A stretch of DNA of 64,000 bases from Pelagibacteraceae bacterium AG-333-C14 (GCA_003282485.1 QBZD01000001.1:23514-87513); one strand, 5' to 3'; counted from the stretch's first letter, positions 13,106-23,481 are shown. Notes: generated by a model from the letters alone, not told the origin. Numbers and translations: made by a program.

Positions 13106-13627
13106 TTAATTTGTTCTTACAGTTACTGCTCTTCTATTTTGTGCCCAGGCCTTTTTATTTGAGCCACTGCTAACAGGCCTTTCTTTTCCAAAACTGATAG
13201 TGGTCACCCTGCTAGAGCTTATACCTTGCGTCATCAAATAGTCTTTAGCAGCGTTAGCTCTTCGATCTCCAAGCGCTAAGTTATATTCCCTAGTTCCTCT
13301 TTCATCAGCATGACCTTCAATTGCTATTGTAGCTGATCCATTTGCTTTTAACCATTTCGCTTGTTTTTCTAATGTGTTTTGAGCAGCTATAGTAAGTGAA
13401 TAACTGTCGTATGCAAAAAATATTCTATCAGGGACATCGACCGCTAACATTTCAATCGTATCTGATCCAACATAAACACCATCTAAGATTTCTACAGCTG
13501 CGGTTGTTGTTGATGATGATGTAGTTGAAGTTGCAGATTCTTTTGGCACAGTTTCACAAGCTGCCAAAAACAAAGCAAATAATACAATTACCAAATATCT
13601 AGTATAGTTCTGAAAGGTTGAAACCAT
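13106..13627 (-). CDS. pal: Peptidoglycan-associated lipoprotein Pal (OmpA-like domain)
   Basis: Lipobox LFLAAC and OmpA_C motifs (GHADERGTREYNLALGDRRA). The ORF track starts at 13654. I prefer the ATG at 13627, which has a GGAG 9 nt upstream. Confidence 0.85.
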   Translation of the reverse strand: MVSTFQNYTRYLVIVLFALFLAACETVPKESATSTTSSSTTTAAVEILDGVYVGSDTIEMLAVDVPDRIFFAYDSYSLTIAAQNTLEKQAKWLKANGSATIAIEGHADERGTREYNLALGDRRANAAKDYLMTQGISSSRVTTISFGKERPVSSGSNKKAWAQNRRAVTVRTN

Positions 13628-13749
13628 TTTAATAAACTCCCATAATATATTCAAAGCCGTTAGTACTCTATTAACTTAACTCGCACAAGTCTAGGATAAA
13701 GTTATCACATATCATTTAAAATATGCCTAATTTCTAAGCTAAATTCCTG

Positions 13750-15072
13750 TTATTGTATTAATTTTGACCAAGATGGGTCAGATGCATCAACCGGTGTAAT
13801 AATCTCTCTCTCGTTAAACCCAGTCAGATCAATAGACCAAATGGATGAGGAGTGGCCATCTCCCGCATCATTTGCTTTTGTTTCACGATAAAATATTAAT
13901 ACCCTGCCGTTCGATGACCATGATGGCGCTTCTTGATACCAATTTTCAGTAAGTAATCTTTCACCACTACCATCGGTCCTCATGACGCCTATAAAATATT
14001 GGCCCTGAAAAAATTTAGTAAAAGCAATAAGATCACCTCTTGGAGACCAAACAGGAGTTGCGTAATTACCTCCTTCTTTTGAAATTCTTTTTTGATTTCG
14101 CCCATTACTGTCCATTACATAAATTTGCTGGGACCCTCCTCTATCAGAATTGAATGTAATTTTCTTACCGTCAGGAGAATAGCTCGGAGATGTATCGATT
14201 GCTGGGCTATCAGTAAGTCGTTCAACTATACGAGTTGTTAAATCCATGACATACAAATCAGAATTACCCTCTCTTGCTAAGCTCATAATGATTTTTCCTC
14301 CATCTGGAGAAAATCGAGGTGCAAAAGTCATGCCTGGAAAATCACCAACAACTTCTTGTATTCCTGTTTGAATATTTAACAAATAAACTCTAGGCAAATT
14401 TTTAAAATATGAGAGATATGTAATCTCCTGTCTTACAGGATTAAATCTTGGGGTTAAGACTAATTCTTTTCCACTTGTTAAAAACTTATGATTAGCTCCA
14501 TCTTGGTCCATGATTGCGAGTTTTTTTATTCTTTTATTTTTTGGGCCCTCTTCGGCGACATAAACTATCCTTGTATCAAAATAACCCTCCTCACCTGTAA
14601 GCCTCTCATATATTTTGTCTGCAATCATATGACTAATTCTTCTCCAATTATCAATTGTTGTAATAAGAACTAGCCCCTCTATTTCTTTTTCAGCAAATGT
14701 ATCCCAAAGACGAAATTCTACCCTTAACCTATCATCTTCAATGGAAAGTTCTCCCGTGAGTAACCCTTGGGCTTTTATTAATCTCCAATCTGCAAATCTA
14801 GGCTTTAAGTGCATAGCACGATTATTCTGAATGAATGCCTTATCGTCAATTGTTGAGAACAATCCACTTCTTTTAAGGTCATCTGAAATTACTGTTCTAA
14901 TATTTTCTGTTATTTTCTTGTCTATTATTTCTGAATTATTGTCATGAAAGAATTCACTGATAGCAAGTGGAATAGGTTCTCGATTACCTTCCGTGATATC
15001 AATTTCAATAATAGCAAATGAAATAGACGAAAAATTAAAAGCTATAAAGACGTATAAAAGTAATTTTTTCAT
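13750..15072 (-). CDS. tolB: Tol-Pal system beta-propeller protein TolB
   Basis: Signal peptide, TolB N-domain, and repeated propeller blades with PxFSPDG / PSYSPDGKK / PVWSPRG motifs. Confidence 0.9.
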   Translation of the reverse strand: MKKLLLYVFIAFNFSSISFAIIEIDITEGNREPIPLAISEFFHDNNSEIIDKKITENIRTVISDDLKRSGLFSTIDDKAFIQNNRAMHLKPRFADWRLIKAQGLLTGELSIEDDRLRVEFRLWDTFAEKEIEGLVLITTIDNWRRISHMIADKIYERLTGEEGYFDTRIVYVAEEGPKNKRIKKLAIMDQDGANHKFLTSGKELVLTPRFNPVRQEITYLSYFKNLPRVYLLNIQTGIQEVVGDFPGMTFAPRFSPDGGKIIMSLAREGNSDLYVMDLTTRIVERLTDSPAIDTSPSYSPDGKKITFNSDRGGSQQIYVMDSNGRNQKRISKEGGNYATPVWSPRGDLIAFTKFFQGQYFIGVMRTDGSGERLLTENWYQEAPSWSSNGRVLIFYRETKANDAGDGHSSSIWSIDLTGFNEREIITPVDASDPSWSKLIQ

Positions 15073-15078
15073 AATAAA

Positions 15079-15891
15079 TTATCCCCTTAGTATCTTCCTT
15101 GGATCAAAATTCATCTGTAAATTTTTCCAATTGTCATATTTTTCTAAATCAGGAACTTTTATTGGATCACAACGTCTTACTGCCCTTAAAGCGCTTTCAG
15201 CAAGAGTTCTAAAATATTTTTCACTAGGTTTGTTCATTCTTTCGTGTTGAAGAACCTCTGGGGGTTTAAGTAAGGAACCATCTGTATTTAAATAAACCTT
15301 AATTTTTACAATCATTGTATCATCGTATGGAATTCCAAGAGGTATGCTCCAGCATCGCATAAATTGAGCTCTGATCGCATCTTCTTCAGATAAAGTAAGT
15401 CGTTTGTCGAGACTAGGTGTTGAGTCTAACGCTTCATAATCTTTTTCTATAATTTCTTCAGGGTTATCCATTTTTGTGTCTTTTTGTTTATCGATTAACT
15501 CAGCTAATTTAAGAGGATCAAATTTATCTTTCTTTTTTATCTCTGGCTTTCTAACTGGCATATTTTGTATCATTTTTTCTTCAGTTGTTATATTTTCAAT
15601 TTTCTCTTCTGTGGACGGATCTTTTACTTTTTCATTTGATTTTTCTTCTTTTGGTTTTTGAATTGGTTGATTTAATTTTTGTTCTTCTTCCTTATTTTCT
15701 TTTTCTGGTTTTTTATCTTCTTTCTTTTTACTAATCTGAGGTACGTTTGTTTTTTCTGCTATTTCGATTAGTTCAACTTGAATAACAGGTGGTATTTCAA
15801 GTTCATCATTATTAAATAAAGGGAGCGAGACTATTGTAAAAAAAAGGATGAACAAGTGAAGTGATACTGATCCTAAAACTGAAATTCTCAT
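15079..15891 (-). CDS. tolA: TolA-like envelope-spanning protein
   Basis: One N-terminal TM helix, a K/E/P-rich central linker and a small C-terminal domain. Positioned between tolR and tolB. Confidence 0.6.
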   Translation of the reverse strand: MRISVLGSVSLHLFILFFTIVSLPLFNNDELEIPPVIQVELIEIAEKTNVPQISKKKEDKKPEKENKEEEQKLNQPIQKPKEEKSNEKVKDPSTEEKIENITTEEKMIQNMPVRKPEIKKKDKFDPLKLAELIDKQKDTKMDNPEEIIEKDYEALDSTPSLDKRLTLSEEDAIRAQFMRCWSIPLGIPYDDTMIVKIKVYLNTDGSLLKPPEVLQHERMNKPSEKYFRTLAESALRAVRRCDPIKVPDLEKYDNWKNLQMNFDPRKILRG

Positions 15892-15907
15892 ATTTGAGTC
15901 CCATTAA

Positions 15908-16312
15908 TTAATTACTTACGGGTTTTGTAATTAAAGAAACTTTTGAAAAGCCTGATCCAGATAACTCCCCAAGCACTCTCATCACTTTTCCGTAGTCAAT
16001 TGCCGCATCTCCTCTGACATATATCTTTGTATCTAGTCTGTTATCAGTTATTGCTTTTATCTTAGGAATTAATTCACCCAGTGCTATTTCTGTTTCTTGG
16101 ATGTAGATTATACCAGCCTCATTGATTGTTACTTCCATTGGCTCATCATCAGATTGCAGTGAGTCAGCATTACTTTCAGGAAGATCTACTTGTACACCAA
16201 CTGTTAATAATGGAGCAGTAACCATAAAAATTATAAGCAGAACTAACATTACATCAACAAAAGGAGTGACATTAATATCGCTAAAGGGTTTTGAATGAGT
16301 ATTTCTAGTCAC
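15908..16312 (-). CDS. tolR: TolR (ExbD family)
   Basis: 134 aa. INVTPFVDVMLVLLIIFMV with the conserved Asp-containing TM helix, plus an ExbD periplasmic domain. Confidence 0.85.
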   Translation of the reverse strand: MTRNTHSKPFSDINVTPFVDVMLVLLIIFMVTAPLLTVGVQVDLPESNADSLQSDDEPMEVTINEAGIIYIQETEIALGELIPKIKAITDNRLDTKIYVRGDAAIDYGKVMRVLGELSGSGFSKVSLITKPVSN

Positions 16313-16328
16313 TTAAAAAATTTCATGT

Positions 16329-17033
16329 TTATTTTGCACTAAGTCCTCTTGAAAAAATAACATTAAAGTGCTCTTTAAATCTATACATTCTGGCGTTCTC
16401 GTCATTCACTTGACTTGTGAAAATATTATAGGCAATTACTGCTGGTATAGCTGCCAGAAGTCCTAGGGCTGTAGCAAAGAGAGCTTCAGCAATTCCTGGT
16501 GCTACCACTGCTAAGGATGTGTTTCTTGATATTGCAATTGACTGAAAAGAGTTCATTATACCCCAAACGGTTCCAAATAGTCCAATAAAAGGTGTGGTTG
16601 CGCCTATAGTTGCGAGATAGCTAAAGTATAATGAGAGCTTTTCATTTTGATAATCAATTGCAGCTTCCATAATTCGATTAATTCTATTAGTAATACTGTC
16701 GATATTTTTTTTAGTATCTTTATTAGATTTTTCAATTTCATCTACTGCCTCAAGAAAAACATACTTTATAGGGCTCTCTGAAAGATGGTGGGTAGTTGAT
16801 GCAATTTCTTTGATGGAACGTCCTGACCAAAATTCTTCCTCAAATTGTTTGCTGATTTTTTTTAGAGACCTAAAAAGTCTTATTTTATGAATGATAATTG
16901 TCCATGAGAATATTGATGCAGCAAATAATATTAAAATTACTAATTTCACTACTAAGTCAGCCCTAAAGAAAAGCGACATTAATGTGAACTCATCGTTTAT
17001 TTGACTTGTACTTATTAAAGTTTCGTTCTCCAT
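16329..17033 (-). CDS. tolQ: TolQ (MotA/TolQ/ExbB proton channel)
   Basis: Three TM helices and the C-terminal [10 protein letters not shown]...[16 protein letters not shown] motif. Confidence 0.9.
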   Translation of the reverse strand: MENETLISTSQINDEFTLMSLFFRADLVVKLVILILFAASIFSWTIIIHKIRLFRSLKKISKQFEEEFWSGRSIKEIASTTHHLSESPIKYVFLEAVDEIEKSNKDTKKNIDSITNRINRIMEAAIDYQNEKLSLYFSYLATIGATTPFIGLFGTVWGIMNSFQSIAISRNTSLAVVAPGIAEALFATALGLLAAIPAVIAYNIFTSQVNDENARMYRFKEHFNVIFSRGLSAK

Positions 17034-17072
17034 AATATTAACTTAGCATCAAAAATTGTCTTAAATAGGGCA

Positions 17073-17456
17073 TCATATGTCAGTCTTCTTACTTTCAAGT
17101 AGGATTTTATAAAGCTCCATAAAGTCATCTAACCTTAAAACGCACAATGAATTTCCAGTTGTTTCCCTATTTCTTCTTGTAATTACCACAGGAAATGAAT
17201 CTGATTTAGATGTTTCAATATTTTCTTCTACTTGCTTAATTGACTCATGGATTTTAAATTTTTCAGTTCTCTTTGCCTCGACGTAAATATGGGGAGTATT
17301 TTTTAAATCACTTCCACCTGACGATTTTATCGCTCCACCTCCAGACAGAGGCATCCGCTGCACAAGATCATCTCCACCAAAAACTTTTTCATTAAAATAT
17401 TTGGCTAACTCTCTTTCATATCCATCACCTTTTCTTTTTGGAGAGCTGCCTGACAT
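17073..17456 (-). CDS. Hjc-like PD-(D/E)XK nuclease (putative Holliday-junction resolvase fold)
   Basis: 127 aa. KGDGYERELAKYF (E14/E16), SGGSDL (D50) and IYVEAKR (E60-x-K62) reproduce the order and spacing of the E...D...ExK catalytic set of archaeal Hjc-type resolvases. Lies between yebC and tolQ, where ruvC usually sits. Confidence 0.5.
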   Translation of the reverse strand: MSGSSPKRKGDGYERELAKYFNEKVFGGDDLVQRMPLSGGGAIKSSGGSDLKNTPHIYVEAKRTEKFKIHESIKQVEENIETSKSDSFPVVITRRNRETTGNSLCVLRLDDFMELYKILLESKKTDI

Positions 17457-17524
17457 AAAAACGAATCAAAATTATCAATTCATTAAAGACTAATTAATAT
17501 ATTTGTATTTTAAAAGTTAATTAA

Positions 17525-18268
17525 TCAAGCGATTCTACTTAATTCTTCATCAGTTGCCTCAAAATTTGAGAAGATCTGCTGAACATCTTCATCGCTATCA
17601 AGCTCGTTTATTAAATTTATAAGTGATTTTAACTTATCGCCATCAACTTTTACTAATACATCTGGTCTCCATTGAAAACCAGATGAAACTGGCTCACCAT
17701 ATTTAGCAGCTAATAAATCGTAAAACTTTGACATTATATCGGGCAAGCATACCGCTTCATATTCATCCTCTTCTACGAGACAATCTTCTGCACCATTTTC
17801 AATTGAAAAGTTAAAAAACTCATCCTCCGTTGCAACATCCTTATTAAACTTCAAAAAACCATAATGTTTAAATGCATGTGAAACTGAACCTGTTTCACCT
17901 AATGATCCACCAAACTTTTGAAATGATGATCTTACATTAGATGCCGTTCTGTTTCTATTGTCTGTAAGTGCCTCAACAATTATAGATGTACCTGCAGGAC
18001 CAAATCCTTCATATCTCATCTGGTCATAATTAACAGTATCTTTATCCAAAGACTTTTTGATAGCACGATCAATATTCTCTTTTGGAAAACTCGATGCCTT
18101 TGCAAGTTGAATTGCTGATCTTAATCTGGCGTTTTGATCAGGATCTGGGGAACCTAACTTTGCAGCTACAGTTATTTCTTTAGATAACTTAGAAAATAGT
18201 CCTGCTCTTTTTTTGTCTTGCGCACCTTTTCGGTATTGAATATTTTTAAACTTAGAGTGTCCCGCCAT
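17525..18268 (-). CDS. yebC: YebC/PmpR-family transcriptional regulator
   Basis: MAGHSKFKNIQYRKGAQDKKR start is diagnostic. Full length of 247 aa. Confidence 0.9.
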   Translation of the reverse strand: MAGHSKFKNIQYRKGAQDKKRAGLFSKLSKEITVAAKLGSPDPDQNARLRSAIQLAKASSFPKENIDRAIKKSLDKDTVNYDQMRYEGFGPAGTSIIVEALTDNRNRTASNVRSSFQKFGGSLGETGSVSHAFKHYGFLKFNKDVATEDEFFNFSIENGAEDCLVEEDEYEAVCLPDIMSKFYDLLAAKYGEPVSSGFQWRPDVLVKVDGDKLKSLINLINELDSDEDVQQIFSNFEATDEELSRIA

Positions 18269-19069
18269 CTAACTTCCTATTTTTCCACCAATACGAATTG
18301 ATTGAATATTTTTAGCAAGAAAATTATTATCCTGTGATTCTATGATTACGCCGCATAATGTGCCTATACCATCGGCAGGAGGCACTCGTTTCCTTTCAGT
18401 GTCTTGTGTTGCAAATTTTCTTACAAATTCTTGTTTTTTAGTTCCAATAACAGAATCATAATCACCACACATACCTGCATCTGTTTGGTAGGCCGTTCCA
18501 TGCTCCATGATGTTGGCATCAGCTGTTGGAACGTGAGTATGCGTACCTACTACTGCGGTTACACGTCCATCAAGATGATGACCCATGGCCATTTTTTCAC
18601 TCGATGCTTCAGCATGAAAATCCACAAAAATGAATGATAAATCATTTACGTCAATTTTTTGCAATACCTCCTCAATTTTAAAAAAAGCATTATCACAGGA
18701 ACGCATAAATAAGTTGCCCATTATATTAATAACTGCAATTTTTTCCTTGTTGGCCAGTTCAAAAATATTAAATCCTAATCCAGGCGATCCCTCTGCAAAA
18801 TTGTAAGGTTTTAAGAGATTTTGATCCTTATCGATGTAACTAGTTATCTCTTTTTGATCCCATAAATGATTTCCCGTGGTAATGACATTTACACCATACG
18901 AATACAACTCATTACATATATTTTCTGTAATACCAAAGCCGCCTGCGGCGTTTTCACCATTTGCTATTACAAAATCAATATTGTGATCTTTAATCGCTTG
19001 CGGGAGATGATCTCTTAAGGAATGCCTGCCAGACCTTCCCATTACATCCCCTAGAAATAAAATTTTCAT
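18269..19069 (-). CDS. YmdB-like metallophosphoesterase (TIGR00282 family)
   Basis: MKILFLGDVMGRSGR, GENAAGGFGIT and VDFHAEASSEK motifs of the calcineurin-like YmdB family. Confidence 0.8.
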   Translation of the reverse strand: MKILFLGDVMGRSGRHSLRDHLPQAIKDHNIDFVIANGENAAGGFGITENICNELYSYGVNVITTGNHLWDQKEITSYIDKDQNLLKPYNFAEGSPGLGFNIFELANKEKIAVINIMGNLFMRSCDNAFFKIEEVLQKIDVNDLSFIFVDFHAEASSEKMAMGHHLDGRVTAVVGTHTHVPTADANIMEHGTAYQTDAGMCGDYDSVIGTKKQEFVRKFATQDTERKRVPPADGIGTLCGVIIESQDNNFLAKNIQSIRIGGKIGS

Positions 19070-19641
19070 ATTGCCTTATATAAATAACTTTCTGTTAAAA
19101 TCCAATCAAGTTTTTGATCATGACTTTCGAGGGGAATTTGATTAGCTTTTTGAAAAGAAAATCCCAGTCCCACTTTAATAATATCTTTTTCTTCTTGGGA
19201 AGAAAAATATTTATCATAAAAACCTCCTCCATATCCTAATCTAAAACCACTCTCATTAAATGCTAGTAACGGCACTAAGACTAGTTTTGGAAAAATAATT
19301 TCATTGGTTACTGCGGGTTCTAAAATATTATATTTATTTTTAATTAATTTAGTCCCAGTACTAAATTTAAAAAAATTAATTTCTTTCGATTGAGAATTAA
19401 TTTTCGGCAAGCAAATATTAATATTTTTTTCAATCAGGTACTTATTTATAGAATTAGTGCTTAATTCAAAATTATAATCAACATATGAACCTACATAATC
19501 ACTATTAATATTATTTAATAATGGACGTAAATGAACATGAGACATATTTTTTTTTTCATAGTCTCCTGATAGTTGTTTTCTTCTATTGATTAGAAATTTG
19601 CGTATTATTTTTTTTTCTAGATGACGCTCTGAATTAATCAT
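19066..19641 (-). CDS. 5-formyltetrahydrofolate cyclo-ligase (MTHFS)
   Basis: 191 aa. C-terminal VPLLAFNESGFRLGYGGGFYDKYF motif. Located downstream of zapA, as in E. coli (zapA-ssrS-ygfA). Confidence 0.8.
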   Translation of the reverse strand: MINSERHLEKKIIRKFLINRRKQLSGDYEKKNMSHVHLRPLLNNINSDYVGSYVDYNFELSTNSINKYLIEKNINICLPKINSQSKEINFFKFSTGTKLIKNKYNILEPAVTNEIIFPKLVLVPLLAFNESGFRLGYGGGFYDKYFSSQEEKDIIKVGLGFSFQKANQIPLESHDQKLDWILTESYLYKAI

Positions 19642-19666
19642 TAATGTAAATGATTACAAAAATTTG

Positions 19667-20032
19667 TTAACCTGCTTGCGAAAGCTTAGATAGTAAGTCT
19701 GTTAATTTTTCATTATTGGATTCAATATATTTTTGACTTTCCATTTGTTGCTGATCTAATATTTTTTCTTTAGAACTAATGCTTGTTTGAAGCTCTTCAA
19801 TCTTGGTCAAATTTGAACTTAATTTTTGATTAAGATCGTGTATCTCATCAGCAATTAATAATGAAGCCATTACCATTAGCCTAGTTTCACCAATTTTTCC
19901 AAATCTCTTTGTCAATTCTCGGACTTTGAAGTCAATTCGAGAACTTAGTTGCTTTAAGTGATTTTCCTCACCCGGATCGCAAACTATCGCATAATCTTGA
20001 TCATTAATATTTACAACTATTTCAGGCATCAA
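19667..20032 (-). CDS. zapA: Cell-division protein ZapA
   Basis: VNINDQDYAIVCDPGEENHLKQL...LMVMASLLIADE pattern, followed by a coiled-coil tail. Confidence 0.8.
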   Translation of the reverse strand: MMPEIVVNINDQDYAIVCDPGEENHLKQLSSRIDFKVRELTKRFGKIGETRLMVMASLLIADEIHDLNQKLSSNLTKIEELQTSISSKEKILDQQQMESQKYIESNNEKLTDLLSKLSQAG

Positions 20033-20296
20033 CTATGAATCCAATATGTCTTTAATTGTATAAATATTTTCATCAAGCTGTGATGAAATATTTCCAGCGA
20101 TATTTTTAAGCTCTAGAAAATCAGATTTTAGGATTTTAATTTCATTTTCAAGGTGATTATTTTCGCTGAGAAGCTTTGCATTTTCATTTTCCAGAGATGA
20201 AACTTTTTTTGCTTCTTGCGACAATTTTTCAATTTCTTTACCAAGATTAATAATAGTATTACTGAATTGATCTTTAGTATCTTGATATGTTGACAT
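20033..20296 (-). CDS. Small coiled-coil protein (DUF4164/ZapB-like) upstream of zapA
   Basis: 87 aa, almost entirely heptad-like coiled coil. Directly abuts zapA (stop 20033, zapA start 20032). Confidence 0.5.
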   Translation of the reverse strand: MSTYQDTKDQFSNTIINLGKEIEKLSQEAKKVSSLENENAKLLSENNHLENEIKILKSDFLELKNIAGNISSQLDENIYTIKDILDS

Positions 20297-20459
20297 GTCG
20301 CACCCCTAATCTTTAGGGGGAGTTTAACTGTCTTTTTTATTCCCAGTCAACTTATAAAATCATAAAAAAAATAAATTTTTTTTGTGAATAAGATATTATA
20401 ATTTAAGACTCTTTCTACTTTATTGCTTATATTAGGCTCATTATTGGTATTAAAAATAA

Positions 20460-22457
20460 ATGTCTCAAAACTTAAATTCCTCATCTCTTTCTCACGAAAA
20501 TATGGCAAATGCTATAAGATTTTTGTCGATTGATGCAGTTGAGAAAGCTAAAAGTGGACACCCTGGATTGCCAATGGGTATGGCTGATGTTGCCACTATT
20601 CTTTTCACTAAATTTCTAAAGTTTAATTCTGCTGCCCCTAAATGGCATGATAGAGATAGATTTGTATTGTCTGCTGGTCATGGCTCGATGCTTTTGTATT
20701 CTCTTCTGTATCTCACCGGTTACCGTGATATGACCATAAAGGATATAAAAAAATTTAGGCAACTTGATAGTAAATGTGCGGGTCATCCAGAATATGGGCA
20801 TGCTCAAGGTATTGAAACAACTACTGGTCCTCTAGGACAAGGAATAGGAAATGCTGTTGGCATGGCATTAGCTGAAAAAATACTGAGTGGCCAATTTGGA
20901 CAGAAGATTATCGACCATTATACGTATGTTATTGCAAGTGATGGTGACTTGATGGAAGGTATATCTCATGAAGTTGCATCGTTTGCAGGTCATTTGAAGT
21001 TAAATAAGCTTATTGTTTTTTTTGATGATAATGGAATTTCAATTGATGGACCTGTTAAACTCTCAAATTCTGAAAATACAATTGACCGCTTTAAAGCCTA
21101 TGGATGGAACGCGATAAAAATTAACGGTCACAATAAAGATGAAATTATAAAAGCGATTTCAAAAGCTAAAAAATCAAAAAAACCCACTATAATTTCTTGT
21201 AAAACAAAAATTGGTTTCGGCTCACCTAACAAGCAAGGTAAATCTTCCTCTCATGGCAGTCCTCTTGGGGAAGAAGAAGTCAGCTTAACTAGATCCAAAC
21301 TAAAATGGCCCCACAAGCCTTTTTCGGTTCCAACAGATATATTAAATGAATGGAAAAAGTCTGGCAAGAGATCAACTGATGTATATAAGAAATGGAAAAT
21401 AGTTTATGAAAAACTCTCCAAAAAGAAAAGAGATGAATTTGAAAGAAGAATTAGCGGAAATATTCCAAAGAAAGTTAATCAGCTTTTAAGCAAGTTTAAA
21501 AAAGACTCAATTAAGAAACCAATTGATATAGCAACTCGGCAAGCCTCTGAGATGGTGATTAACCAAATTGCACCCATCATGCCAGAATTAGTTGGTGGAT
21601 CTGCAGATCTTACCGGTTCAAATAATACTAAAGGGAACAAAGTGGATGTTATTAATTCAAAAAATTACCGAGGTAATTATATCTATTATGGAATAAGAGA
21701 GCATGGAATGGCAGCCATAATGAATGGCTTATCATTACATAAAGGTATTATACCATTTGGAGGAACATTCTTAATATTTTTAGATTACTGTAAGCCTTCT
21801 CTTAGACTTGCAGCTCTTATGAAGCAAAGGGCCATTTATATTTTAACACACGACTCAATTGGCTTGGGTGAGGATGGCCCTACTCATCAACCAATTGAAC
21901 AGCTGGCATCCCTAAGGGCAACACCAAATGTAAAAGTATTCCGGCCTGCTGATGTTATTGAAACAGCTGAAGCATGGGAATTGGCTTTATCAAATCAAAA
22001 AGGTCCATCTGTTATTGCCCTAACTAGACAGAAGCTGTCTATGCTAAGAAGGAAATATTACACAAAAAATATTAGTTCTCAGGGCGCATATGAAATTAAA
22101 AGCAACTCTAAAAATCCAGATATTTCAATCTATGCCTCAGGTTCTGAGGTAGAAATTGGGATTCAGCTCATGGGTCTACTAGAAAAAAAGAAAAAGAATG
22201 TAAGAGTGATTTCAGTGCCGTGCATGGAGCTATTTAAAATTCAAAATAAGACATATAAAAAAAAGATTAGAGGAAATTCGAAGTTAAATATATCAATTGA
22301 AGCAGGCTCAAGTTTTGGATGGAGTGAGATCTGTGGAGGAAATACTGTGAATATATGCATGAAAGATTTTGGAGCCAGCGCTCCTTATCAAAAACTTTAT
22401 GATTACTATGGCTTCACAGCAAAAAAAATATTAAAGCAAGTAATTAAAAAAATATAG
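20460..22457 (+). CDS. tkt: Transketolase
   Basis: RFLSIDAVEKAKSGHPG, the ThDP motif GDGDLMEGISHE-like (SDGDLMEGISHE) and THDSIGLGEDGPTHQP. Confidence 0.95.
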   Translation: MSQNLNSSSLSHENMANAIRFLSIDAVEKAKSGHPGLPMGMADVATILFTKFLKFNSAAPKWHDRDRFVLSAGHGSMLLYSLLYLTGYRDMTIKDIKKFRQLDSKCAGHPEYGHAQGIETTTGPLGQGIGNAVGMALAEKILSGQFGQKIIDHYTYVIASDGDLMEGISHEVASFAGHLKLNKLIVFFDDNGISIDGPVKLSNSENTIDRFKAYGWNAIKINGHNKDEIIKAISKAKKSKKPTIISCKTKIGFGSPNKQGKSSSHGSPLGEEEVSLTRSKLKWPHKPFSVPTDILNEWKKSGKRSTDVYKKWKIVYEKLSKKKRDEFERRISGNIPKKVNQLLSKFKKDSIKKPIDIATRQASEMVINQIAPIMPELVGGSADLTGSNNTKGNKVDVINSKNYRGNYIYYGIREHGMAAIMNGLSLHKGIIPFGGTFLIFLDYCKPSLRLAALMKQRAIYILTHDSIGLGEDGPTHQPIEQLASLRATPNVKVFRPADVIETAEAWELALSNQKGPSVIALTRQKLSMLRRKYYTKNISSQGAYEIKSNSKNPDISIYASGSEVEIGIQLMGLLEKKKKNVRVISVPCMELFKIQNKTYKKKIRGNSKLNISIEAGSSFGWSEICGGNTVNICMKDFGASAPYQKLYDYYGFTAKKILKQVIKKI

Positions 22458-22468
22458 GAGTTATCAAA

Positions 22469-23479
22469 ATGGCAGTAAATGTTGCAATTAGTGGGTTTGG
22501 AAGGATTGGTAGATTAGTTCTCAGATCAATTATCGAGAGTAAACGTAAGGATATTAATGTTGTTGCAATAAATGACTTAGCGCCTGTTGATACAAACGCA
22601 TTCTTACTAGCGAATGATACAGTTCACGGACCTTTAAACGAAAAAATTTCTGTAAAGAAAAACAAAATGACCATTGGAAGGAAAACTATTTCAGTACTTA
22701 ATGAAAGAGATCCACAAAAACTTCCATGGAAAAAAATGAAAATAGACGTAGCCCTTGAATGTACTGGTTTATTTACCTCGAAAGAAAAAGCATCTATGCA
22801 TATCAAAGCTGGAGCAAAAAAAGTTCTTGTCTCTGCCCCCTGCTCTGAAGCTGATAAAACAATAGTATATGGGGTAAACGAACAAGAAATAACTCGCAAT
22901 GATCTAGTTGTTTCGAATGCATCTTGTACTACAAACTGTTTGGCACCAGTAGTTAAAGTTCTTCACGAAAAATTTGGAATTGTTCATGGATATATGACTA
23001 CCATTCATGCATTTACAGGTGACCAAAGTGTTTTGGATACATTTCATCCTGATTTAAGAAGAGCTAGAGCTGCGTCAATGTCAATGATACCTACATCAAC
23101 AGGTGCTGCCAAAGCGGTTGGGTTAGTGATGCCAGAATTATCAGGAAAACTTGATGGAACGGCAATTAGAGTTCCAACTCCCAATGTATCACTTATCGAT
23201 TTTAAATTTGTATCAAAAAAAACAATGAAAGTTGATAGCGTAAATAAAGCCATGACTGCTGCGTCGCGATCCAATAAGTTGAAAGGCATACTTAATGTTA
23301 ATTCAGAGCCACTGGTTTCATCAGATTTTAATCATAATCCTGCTTCATCAAATTTTGACCTAACTCAAACACAAGTCATTGAAGGAAAGTTTGGAAGAGT
23401 TTTAAGTTGGTATGATAATGAGTGGGGTTTCTCAAATAGAATGTGTGATACTGCAGTAGCAATGAAAAGATCAAAATAG
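22469..23479 (+). CDS. gap: Glyceraldehyde-3-phosphate dehydrogenase
   Basis: GFGRIGR Rossmann start, active site SNASCTTNCLAP and WYDNEWGFSNR C-terminus. Confidence 0.95.
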   Translation: MAVNVAISGFGRIGRLVLRSIIESKRKDINVVAINDLAPVDTNAFLLANDTVHGPLNEKISVKKNKMTIGRKTISVLNERDPQKLPWKKMKIDVALECTGLFTSKEKASMHIKAGAKKVLVSAPCSEADKTIVYGVNEQEITRNDLVVSNASCTTNCLAPVVKVLHEKFGIVHGYMTTIHAFTGDQSVLDTFHPDLRRARAASMSMIPTSTGAAKAVGLVMPELSGKLDGTAIRVPTPNVSLIDFKFVSKKTMKVDSVNKAMTAASRSNKLKGILNVNSEPLVSSDFNHNPASSNFDLTQTQVIEGKFGRVLSWYDNEWGFSNRMCDTAVAMKRSK

Positions 23480-23481
23480 TA

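Noticed and set aside
15300-15760. Repetitive-looking A/G-rich DNA (aaagaagaa..., gaaaaa...) that could be a tandem repeat or low-complexity element.
   Set aside because: It is the antisense of the Lys/Glu/Pro-rich linker of TolA. This is compositional bias in a coding region with no exact repeat unit.
19642-19666. I looked for a 6S RNA (ssrS) between zapA and the 5-formyltetrahydrofolate cyclo-ligase gene, its classical position in E. coli and many Proteobacteria.
   Set aside because: The spacer is only 25 nt, far too short for a 6S RNA of about 180 nt. Nothing 6S-like was evident in the 163-nt spacer upstream of the operon (20297-20459) either, although I cannot run a covariance model.
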